A DNA stretch of 64,000 bases, taken from Vicugna vicugna (Eukaryota). Position 1 is the first letter of the stretch, and each line of letters opens with the position of its first letter. The notes beneath the pieces were generated by a model. It ran no database searches. It was not told the DNA's origin and was given only the letters and a program-made list of their open reading frames with translations. The DNA lies in contig MU058844.1 in assembly GCA_013265495.1 (NCBI GenBank), forward strand, positions 5,434,344-5,498,343. Reading direction: 5' to 3'. Shown here one piece after another: positions 53,301-64,000 of this stretch. A program made the position numbers and the translations under genes.

Positions 53301-55379
53301 TGGATGAATAAGAGCCCTGGGTAACCCAAGGCTTTGGCTGGGAAGTGAACTAGAAGGCCAGTTTACTGATGCAGCACACTGGTGTATTTCAACCACCTAC
53401 AGATATTCTCACTTTCTCACCTTGGTAAAAGAGTATTATTCAAAGGTGAGCTTTATAAAAATGGGTAATACACGTACATATTATCTAACTTATTTAATGC
53501 TCAAATCCCTCACCAAAAAAAAATACAATAGTAGAAATGTGGCAAAGATTCAATGCAATTAGAAATACATGTGCCTAGTACACACTACTTGCTCAATCAA
53601 TGAAGGCAGTTATTATTAGTTAAATGAAGAACAGCTTTTAATCAAATAAGCAGCAAAAATTGCTAATTGCATTCACTTTGCTGTTTATGAAGCAAATAAC
53701 AGGATTATTAAATCTTATGCAAGATTTAATCATGCATCTATATATGTACATCATTAGCCTTAAACATTTTAACATGCATAATAGAGAAATCCAGCTGGTT
53801 TCAAATATAATGGCTGAGAGATATTATAAGATTAAGAGAATTATTTAATTGCAAAATAAATTATGGAATTGTTGTTTGGTCTTAGGAAATGTATTCTAGA
53901 ATATAGATCGAGCAATAACTACTGAGTATCTGTGATGGCTGAGGCTCTATGCCAGGTGTTGGCACTGCAAAAATCAGTAAGTATTTGTCAATCAGTAGTA
54001 TAATTAATCAATAGCAATCACCTGTTAATATGGTAGATGATAAACTTGGAGCTCTCATTGGGTACTTTGGAACCCAAAGGAAACATCTCCCTCTGCTTTA
54101 TCTGGAACTGAAGGCTTATGGATAGAGTCTTTCTGAGCAGGTGGATCCCAACTGTCTATCTATGTATCTATGTATCTATTCATCCTAATACATAGATATC
54201 CATTTCCTAATTATGTCTGGGAGGTGGGAGAAATTTTAAAATATCCATATAAATCAACTTTTTAGGGAAAAAAAATAGTATACTGAAGAGAGTTGCTAGG
54301 AAAAAATGATTCAAAGTACCCTATGAGAACCTCTGCAGGGGCTAGGTATGTGACCCAATATGAGAGAGATTTCTTGGTTCCTCCTAGGTATGGTGACACT
54401 TAGAGGAATAAGGTGTCTGTCTGAGAAACTTGTTAAGAAAGAAAAGTGCAAGGAATATGTATAGTGTGAAATGTAACTTTATAGGAACATGTAATCAATG
54501 AGTTCTGGAAATTGAAGAAATAGCCAACATTCTGGGAGACAAATTAAAGTCAAGCTATTTGAAAAGTAAATAATAAATCCTAAGAAGACAATTTAGATGT
54601 GCATATGAGCAGCTTCTTTCTACAACACTGAAATGAATATAGATATTACTTCTACCATATTTAGTGGACACATACCAATTGCCAAGCCATTCTTTAGAGA
54701 GTGGTCAAGAAAGTATACTTTGTTCTTGTCCTCATGAAGCTAAGATTTGGGGGTGTTGATAGAGATGGAGGTAGTAGTGGTGATAAGAAAGTCCTGTAAG
54801 TATACATTAATAGCAAAAATGTACAAAAACATCAAATTTAGTTGAATAAGTGTGTTTTTGAATGTGTGAGAGTGCATGAAATCCAAAGATTACTAAATAA
54901 AATGGACTCTAGTTCTCACTCTTCCATAATCTTGAACTGAAGGATCATAGGCAAGTTACTTAACCCCTCTGTGCCTCAGTTTTCTTATAGATAAAATGAA
55001 AGAAATGCACAACTTTCAGATAACACATTTAGTCCATTCCATGTTTCATATTCTCTACTGCATTTTGTGTATAAAATATATATCATATTATGACTACATG
55101 TAAAAATTTTAACTATAAGAAAATAATAAAACAGGATTCACTTCAGGCTTACCTTGTATCAGATTCTGTGATGTTTTATTTATTTATTCTAACCATCTGA
55201 TGAGTTAGGTACTACAAGATACTAATCAAAAAACATATATCAGTTAAGTAACAAATAAATGCCTCTGTTCTTATAAGGTTTAGAGGAAAGAGAAACATTT
55301 TCTATCTATACAAAAACTACCCTTCTTGTTTGGATGCATTTACAAGTATCTCTGTATCTGTGCTTCTCATGCTTGTGAT

Positions 55380-56020
55380 GGTTAAATTAGGAAATACAAA
55401 AGATCCTTGCCCTCAAGGTGTCCACTGTTCTTAGAGGGGAGGGAGGAAGGAAGGAGAGAGAGAGATTGAGGTTGAGATATGATTTGTTAATACACATCAT
55501 CATTCAGGCTTCATGAGGAAGAGTACAGAACACTGCTTGACTTAAGTATGGGAGAGCCAGTGTCAGCTTAAGAGAGGAGTTCATGTTGAGCTGGTTTGTA
55601 CAATAATTAGAAGTGTATTCAAGCAAACAAAACAAGCTAGGGAAAAGACATTATAAATCAAGAGGACAGCCTGTAATCAGACAGGGACCGCACGAGTGAG
55701 CAGGGCACTCTGAAGAAGAGAAAGTAGTTCAGGTTGTCTGCGTAACCATGGGATACAAATGGGTGGGTCGTGGGAGATGGAGATATAAAAGTGGGCAGAT
55801 ATGATTGTAAAAAGTGTGTCCTCCAATGACATCCTTAGAAGATTGTGAGCAATGGAGTGATACAATCAGGATTATGCATTAATAAGAAATATTGTAAGGG
55901 AGTAAAAGAGAATGTGGGGGATATACTGCTTCTGAAACCACAGGACTGCATGACTGATTCAATACAAAAGGGGTAGAATGTGAGGGAGTGGAAAAAGATA
56001 AAGGTTATTCCCAGAATTTG
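55380..56020 (-). mobile_element. L2 fragment
   Basis: Purine-rich antisense L2 text (gatccttgccctcaagg; ttgtgagcaatggagtgatacaatcaggattatgcatt). Confidence 0.55.
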
Positions 56021-56981
56021 TGGAAGTATTTTCTAGACAGAAATTGACGAAGTTGATTTAGGTATTTTATTCTGAACTATGCATATTATTTTAAAATGCT
56101 TCCTTGATTTTAATATCAAACATTGTTCAAGTGGTGGAACCTAATCTTTAAAGCAAAAATATTCTTTAAGTTCTGAAAGTCTCTCTATCTGGTTTGATGT
56201 GGGGACTATGGAACAAAGTATCCATTCTTGCCCTACACACATCTAGGTTCAAACAAGAAAAGGTAAGGTATGGTTGAAATGGCATCATAGAATACCACAA
56301 ATTATCACTGTAAGTTTTTGAAAGGGGCCTGATTTTATTGATTAAAAAAATCTACAGATAAAATAAAACTTAAAGTGAGTTGTTTTAAATAGGATTTATA
56401 ACCATGCATTTAATGGAAATTGTCTTCTTAAAAGGGCTTCTGAAGATCTAGGTAGAAATATAAGTGCCTAATCTATATTTTATCTCTTTGACCTTAAACT
56501 TACAAAAGACCATATAAAATTCTAGCAGCAATGTGGAGATAATCTCTGAGTTTCTCATTCAGCTAAAATTAAAGTTTTTTTATAGTTAACTCCCCATTTT
56601 TCATGCTAATGTAGGATTAAAGATGATAAAACAAATGATACATGTGTGTACACACACAATCTTGTGCATATACACACACACACTCTATTCAGGAAGAATT
56701 GACCACATATTCCTAATCTATTCAAGGATTTCTTCACAGAATATATAAGCAACACTATATCACCAGTTTCATTAGTTTGAATTCCAATTCTGACACATAT
56801 TTAAGTTTTTCTTTAATGCATGTTTTAGTACATTAACCTTTCTTGTACATAGACACTGCTGGAAAAAAGCTGTGTGTCATAAGAATAAAATATTTTTAAA
56901 TCAAAATATGTTTTTCTTTTAAAATACATTGGAAATACAGCTAACATACCAAACTGATGAAGCAATTAATATTATTATTAA

Positions 56982-57154
56982 AATGAAGCTAGATGGAAGC
57001 ATTATGCTGTACACCAGAAATTGACACATTATTGTAAACTATACTTCAAATATATATATGTATATACACATATGTATATATATACATACACATAATAAAG
57101 CATAATAAATGTATATATATGTGTGTATATATACATACACATAATAAAGCTAGA
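56982..57154 (+). mobile_element. Tiny camelid-type L1 3' terminus with microsatellite tail
   Basis: tgctgtacaccagaaattgacacatt...tatacttcaa; TSD aatgaagctaga / aataaagctaga. Confidence 0.75.
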
Positions 57155-59083
57155 AAAGAATGATTCAAATGAAATATTAAGTATATAACATTGGTGTAAT
57201 ATATGGCTATGGCTCAAATTATAGCAGTTATTTATGGAATAAAGTTTATGTTACATTTAAACAATCGTATTAGATGAAAAAAATGTGTTTTGAGATAGAG
57301 ATCTGAAGATGTGTCCACTTGTCAGTAACTTACACTGAAGCGAAGGTCAGCATTCAGTTCAGTCACCACAGATAGTATGATCCAGTTGAGATACTGAAAT
57401 AGTAGAGACTGTGGTTGGATTTAGGGTTTTTCCTTTGGCTTCAAAATCTACTTTTTAAAAAATACACAGAGAAAACACATGGCAAAACCTCTAAAGCACT
57501 GTACCTCTAATGGGGACAGCCCTTATAAATACCATACTCATTTATAGTCCAGGTAGAGGACAAGAAAAGTGTCAGTATTCTATCATAACATGTGCTCTAA
57601 CCAGTGAACCAAGAAAAGCTTAGGAAAAGCAACAGCTGAGTGAGACCTTGAGGACAATTCAGAAAAAGGGATAAAGCAAAGTATGTTGAAGATAGAAAGT
57701 TGTTGAAAAATACAAAAAAAAAAAGGGGGAAGAAACAAAGAGAAGTTCCCTGAGATGTGAGATGCATTAGTGGAAGGGAGATTTCTGTGCTGAGATGGAA
57801 AGAAAGGATGGAAGCTAGGTACGAACTGACAGTTTTATGAATAGGTAGGGGGCCAAGAAGTTCTGGAAATTTCTGACTGGTAATCTGCATTTACTTGTTA
57901 ACGTGGAGGCAGGTGTTCTTCGAGAAATTTATGTTTAGATGAGTGAAGTCGTAAAGGACAATACAATTGGAGGACAAATTTCAAATAAGTGTTTCTGAAA
58001 ATGAGCTTGTTAAGTAGTAATGCTTTAGCGTTTGAGAGAGCCAGCTTCATACAACTCTGTTATCAAAGTCACTGGGTGAAAATATATAGTCATCTGTTCA
58101 AGTGAGCTACAGGCAAACTGATGTGATAAGGAAGAACTAGGTTTCAGGTAAAGGGAAGAGTTTTTTTTTTTAATTTATAATATCTAAAATACAATTTTAA
58201 AGATATAGAGGATAATGGATCAAGGTTTTAAGGAAGTGTGACGCTAACTCAATGGGAATAATCACGAAGTAGTGAGAAGAGTGGGCACAGACAACTTATG
58301 AATAGAATTGGATTTAGTTATATAATTATATTCTTTAGAAGTCTATGTCATAGTTCTTATTATAAAACTTCATTCATATAGGATAATTTAATTTAATTTT
58401 TCTATTGCTTAGAATTTAGAGTGTGTGTGAGTTTAAATATTTAAAGTCAAAATGACTCATATACCTTTCTTGGTCATGTGGCCACCCCTTAAAGGAAATG
58501 GCCCAAGGTCAGCTAGAGAATATTGTATCACACTTTCATTAAGCCTGCAACAATTAGAATTAATGGAATTTTCTGAACGAAATAAAGGTTATGCCAAGGT
58601 TTTGCTGACTGGTCTGCAACTTTACTGCCATGGATTAGATACAAAAATGATCTCAAGTAACTTTCTTGATAATTAAGTGCTGGTACACAAGCTTTCCAAT
58701 TACTTTACAGAAATACTTACCTAGATACTATGATGATATCTAAAAAACAAATGTTTATTATTTCAGTATTCTCTATCACTCAGAAGAAGATTATGGGTAA
58801 CATCAAACTAGAATATGCACTGTACTTGTACATATTTTTGATGCAAATCATTAGAATCTAGAAAACTGTACATTTTACTTCACAATAGTTGCCTAGCACC
58901 TTCAGGAAATCAATAGTTTATTATACAAAGACTCTAATTTATATCTCCCTTCATATTTTTTTTCTCATTTTTTGTACTTACCCCATTTTAGCTTGAAGTT
59001 CTCATTCATCATTTAAAGCTCTAACTAAAAGTAATACTAAAGTTTGGGAGGCTGAGAAACTAACCAGTTTTTTTTCAATAGGG

Positions 59084-59310
59084 AAAGAAAGCATCATCAA
59101 ACCTAGTTCCCAGTGTTGCTAATTTAAGTGTCAACAGTGATGCTGAGCGCTCGGGCAACATCCATCTGAAAGCCCCAGTTATTTCGGGCTTCTCTGTATT
59201 GATGTATTCGCAGAGGCAGGAGTTATTCTTAAAGAAGTTATGTGTCTTCTTACCCTTCACATTTTCATAAATAAAATTATCACTCAAAAAAGAAAGCATC
59301 ATCAAACCTA
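59084..59310 (+). pseudogene. 5'-truncated retrocopy of an unidentified transcript 3' end
   Basis: Perfect 22-bp direct repeat aaagaaagcatcatcaaaccta (59084-59105, 59289-59310); AATAAA at 59270 then a short A run; CpGs retained. Confidence 0.8.
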
Positions 59311-59699
59311 AAACTATAATTAATGTATTTTAAATTAGCCTGTTCAGATTAACAAGAAAGTCACATCATACATCTGACCATATGCCAACAGGTACAAATG
59401 GCAATTGAACTTTCCAGGAGACTTAATAATTAAATGCATTTGACAGGAATCTAGTAAGATGCATTGATGAATAACTTTGTATGATCCTTTCTGTTAAAAC
59501 ATTGGCAGCCAGACAAATTTCATGTACAACAACACTAATATTGCCCTTTTTTATCTGGAAAAAGTTTTATAAACTGTACATGTTAAGTACACATAAAGTA
59601 GAAAATAAAAGTCACCAATAATCTTACCATACTGTACTTAAAATTGTGCCATATATTTTGGATACCATTATAGGATCATCACCATCAAAATAATCATCA

Positions 59700-60110
59700 T
59701 TATCAAAATAGCTCACTTTTTTAGAGTTTTACTATGTACCTGGCTCTGTTTTAAGAACCTTTTATATTGTAACTCATGAAATCCCTATGAGATAGGCAGT
59801 ATTACTATAATACCAATTTCATAGGTAAGCTAATTAAGAGAAGAGAAGTTACATAATTTGAAAATGTTATTAACATATACATAACATGGTAGAGCCAGCC
59901 TATAAGATGGCCAGTTAGCCTCCTTCAATCCTTTCCTAGAAGTTTTTTTTTTTCTTGTAGTATACATATTTAAGGTAATAGATAATACTCATATTTTTAT
60001 AACATACTAGACACAGTTCTAAGTTCTTAACATACATTGATTTACTTAATCTTCACAAAATATGTATGAGCAGCTTCTACAATATTTTACAGGGAAGGAG
60101 ACTATGGCAA
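59700..60110 (-). mobile_element. Two adjacent MIR fragments
   Basis: aatagctcacttttttagagttttactatgtacctggc...ccctatgagataggcagtatt; second copy from about 59975. Confidence 0.65.
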
Positions 60111-62164
60111 TCTGAGAAAAGAAAAAAATGTAAAAATTCTTTTTAAAGTCAGTGATGAAAATTGTTCAGTGTTAGATAACAATATGGAAAAAGAAAGCAA
60201 AGTGCATAAACCAGCTTCATACTGAAATCCAGTTACACAGATTTATACTGTTCCAGAATTCTGTACTTTAGATGTGATCAAAGTAGGAAGATATCGCTGA
60301 TTCAAAGAGATCAATGTCATAAGCATTGGGCTCTTAGTCCCTCAATTTTATTGTCGAAAACATGGCACATAACTTAAAGAATGTATTTCTGACAATTTTA
60401 TACTATGCTTTGAGAAAAAAGAGAGCCCTCAGAAAACTATTGTTATTAATGAAAGCAGTGTAAAGAATCCAGCATTGTTGAACTGACACTTTCATAAAAG
60501 AAACGGAAATTTGCTTCTGTAAGTATTCTTCCTACTTCTGTTTTTTGGTATTAATTGTGTGCCTGAGTGGTTTTTCAAGTGAATTTCAGTGTTTTTCCTA
60601 GGTCAAAATACTGTAATTCTTTTCTATCAAGCTGAGATTTAAAGATCATTTTTCATCTACTTTCCAGCATTTATGCTTTTAAATATTATCAAAATAAAGG
60701 TTTATTTTATTTGATTGCTTGCAGGAAAAGGCCACACTGTTTCTAAAATCCTAAATAAACATTTAGAAGTGTGTGGTAATTGAAAAGTCATAATCTGGCA
60801 CCATAGTAACAGCCTGTTTATACAAGAGGATTTTGTGATTTTGAATATTGCTTGTCATCTAATCTGGCAAGAAGATATACTATCAAATATGTGCTTTATT
60901 TTGAAGAGACACAGCCTGTGGTTATGTAAAAGTATTCAACCTACACTGAACTATAGACTAAGTTCTAGTTGAATATTTTATGATGTAGCATCTACTTGTG
61001 GTTATCAATGTTACCATTTCATATAAACCACTTTGGAAAAAAATTATAATTTATTATCCAATTTCCACTCCATTTATTTTAGAAAAATGGATTCATATTT
61101 AATGAGTATTTACAATGCGGTCTTCATGTCAATAAGTTGAATTACTCTCTGGGCAAGTGTTTAAATCATCATTTATAAATCAATTCATATTTTAATATGC
61201 AGAGGGTGGCTGTTGAAAGGAATACAGTGACAAATCAATTTGTAAATTAAATGATCATTACCTAGTTTATCCCTTTGTATCTAGATAGATAAATGTTTGT
61301 TCATCTTTCTGAGTTCAAAGCACACTGTAGACCTAGAATTTTGGGAGGCTCAGTAGAAAGAATTAAAAGGCTGAAAATGAGATTAAGCAAGTTAACAGTG
61401 ATTATAAAGCAATCACTATTAAATTTAAAAAAGGTTGCATGGTGAATATAAAAGTAGAAACAGATAATACAGCTGTGTGAATATAACACTTAGTTACCTG
61501 ACCACATGCTACTTTTCACTAATAAGGCAGTATATTTCCAAGTTTCAAGAAATAAGCATTTGTCTTTAGTTCTCTTTAATGCTGTGCTAAGTGTTTTATT
61601 TCCTGTTCATAGCAAGCTGTGTCCTGCTTCAAAACACTAATCTGACAGGTCAAGTGAAGCTCTATTTAATAAATAGTGTTCTTTCTCTATACTGTACTTG
61701 GTTTCAGAAATGCATTGTATACATTGGAGACAAAGCACTGAAGAATTTCCAGTTATACATATACCCAAGCCAACTGATTGACCACTAAGCAAAATGTTTG
61801 TATAGAGGATGCATTTTAATCAACAAACTCCTTTGACCATAGAATGGTTTTTACTCCTCAATCACTATTTTCATAAACTTTCAGAAACATAAGACAATCC
61901 CTATGGACATAAATCACATAATGTTATAGAAAAATAAAGAGTCATTCCACCAAGAAAATATATCAGCATAGTAAGTTTTGTAAATTTTTATTAAAGTATA
62001 AATGAAAAGCCAAAACACATTTCTAAGTACTTGTATATGTCTCCAAACAAATAATTATCAAAATTGGTCACCTGACATAGAATATTGGATGTAGCTCAAT
62101 TATACATCCAGGAAAATGATTGTATCTTGAGTATGTGCATTTGAGATTGTTTGGATTAAAAATC

Positions 62165-62640
62165 ACAGTTCAGACATTGTTCTAAAAACTTTGCAGTAGA
62201 AAGTGTCTCCTTTTTTGAATCTAGGCTTGGCCATGTGACTTGTTTACAATCTTTCTGAGTTCAACCCACACTCTAATGTCAATTAAACATTAGCAAATAT
62301 GGTACAAGCAGAGATTGAAAGGTGGTTGTGTAATGGGGCTTGCTCTCTTGCTGAACATGGAATTCTGATATCATCACATGAACGGCCTGAGCCAGCCTGA
62401 TGAAGGTCCGTGTAGAGAACTGTGGCACTATGGTTCATGGCCCACTGCTGGGTCTGTGAGTGAGGCCATACCACGTTACCTACATCCAGTCAGTCCACCA
62501 GCTGATGACAGAAATCAGCTAAGCAGCCTAGACCCAAAGGCCATCAGTGACACACAGGATTGTATTACACAACAAAGGCTAGTTGTTTTAAACCACTAGA
62601 TTTGGGGTTATATGTTACACAACAAAAGATAACTCATATG
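62165..62640 (+). mobile_element. MLT1G/H-like solo LTR
   Basis: ttgaatctaggcttggccatgtgacttg...cattagcaaatatggtacaagcagag...gttgttttaaaccactagatttgggg. Confidence 0.8.
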
Positions 62641-62644
62641 TTAC

Positions 62645-62860
62645 TGGAATCAAACAGATGTAAGTATAATTCTTGGATGTAAAACATACTGGCAATTTCA
62701 CCTTAGACAAATGACTGACATTTTCTGACACTTAGTTTGCTATTTCATAAAATGAAGAGGCTAAAAATTATTTTAGAATTTTTGTATATAAATTGGTACA
62801 ATAATGTAGATAAAGTGCTTAATACTATGCCTGGCAAATATTACATACATTTTAATTCCA
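62645..62860 (+). mobile_element. MIR SINE
   Basis: accttagacaaatgactgac...tagtttgctatttcataaaatgaagagg...taaagtgcttaatactatgcctggca. Confidence 0.7.
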
Positions 62861-63637
62861 TTACTTTATTTTTAAAATCCCACAAGTTGAATACCAAGTC
62901 TTTGAAAATAAAAGAGAAGAACAAAATAGTCTAAGAGAAAATTTTAAATTTTATGATATTTTTTCTTTTATATATATTTGCTATCAGAGACTGTAAGCTT
63001 GGTGAGTTAATCAGGGTGCTTCAAAAAAAGAGCAGAAATATGAAACTTGTCAGTGCATCTCCCCCTAGAAAGGTATATAAAACTAAAACTGTACATTTAT
63101 TGTACTGTTAATATAAATAGTGTAGAATTATGATACCATTAATATAGCAGATGTATAAAACTAATGCCATGTAATTGTTCTTTATCATTATATCTCTGGA
63201 GCTATTCTGGATGTATGTGTATGGAAAATTTCCTCACCAGCTCTCTTAATTATTTAAACAGAATCCACTTAGTTCAGTGATCTCACCAACTAACCCCAAA
63301 TGAACAAAATAAAATTTTCTCAACTAGAAATAGACTGACAGATTAAAACATAAACATCATTTTCTAATTAGACTTGGAAAAAACTTAATGTGTTTATTTC
63401 AATGTTAGAATTATTGCAAGAAATCACTAAAAGGGCAACACTTTAAATATATAAAATCATAAAATATCTGTAAGTTTAATTTTTTTTAATTTAAATGCAA
63501 GGCTCAGGCTGGGAAAAATAGTTGTAATAAATTAGCAAATGTTTTAGTTAACCAAATATTTTGTTACATACCCACCCCATGTCTGATAAAATAATAGTTC
63601 AGAAGAATTCAATGAAAAGTGAAATAGACAGCCAGGC

Positions 63638-63920
63638 ATTTATTCACTTCATTTATTCATTCATTCTGCACATATTTATTGTGTCTGTAATATATCGGAT
63701 ACAAATCTAGTTTCCAGATACTCCATGGTAAAAAATAATAATAACATAGCCATGGCTCTGAAGAAACTATGGGAGGAAAATATGCATATTAAATAATAAA
63801 ACACACAGATATGATTGTCACACACTTTTAAGTCTTATGAAAGAAAGAGATAGCTACTGCCCAAGAGCAATAACAAAATGTGTAAAGGAAGGACCTCTTT
63901 CTAGGAACACAGGGAAGGAG
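63638..63920 (-). mobile_element. L2 3' end
   Basis: atttattcacttcatttattcattcattc...atatttattg tail repeats. Confidence 0.65.
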
Positions 63921-64000
63921 TACTGAGCATATTTCGGGGTATTGAGAATAAAGATAATATTCAAAAATAGGTTACTACTAAAAGTGAATTTTTAGCAGAA

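Noticed and set aside
1..64000. CRISPR arrays, operons, tRNA/rRNA genes, CpG-island promoter
   Set aside because: None seen; the sequence is repeat-rich, CpG-depleted mammalian DNA.

Overview
AT-rich, CpG-poor mammalian genomic DNA, most likely a camelid judging by the young L1 3' ends and the apparent lack of Alu, Bov-tA, PRE-1 or Can SINEs. I see no intact protein-coding gene, RNA gene, CRISPR array or prokaryotic system. Much of the window is interspersed repeats (L1, L2, MIR, MaLR/ERVL/ERV1 LTRs, MER94, a Tigger transposase fossil). The main unexplained signal is a chain of about 20 decayed, AG/GT-bounded, mostly phase-compatible coding-like exons on the + strand from before position 1 to about 47560. 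They would encode roughly 2,300-2,400 aa of a protein I do not recognise. Two exons are interrupted by old repeats (MLT1A-type LTR, L1M), suggesting an anciently dead unitary pseudogene. Also present: a TSD-flanked retrocopy of an unknown 3' UTR, two twin-primed inverted L1s and a nested L1 with a probable 3' transduction. Repeat subfamily names are from memory of consensus sequences, and repeat boundaries are approximate.
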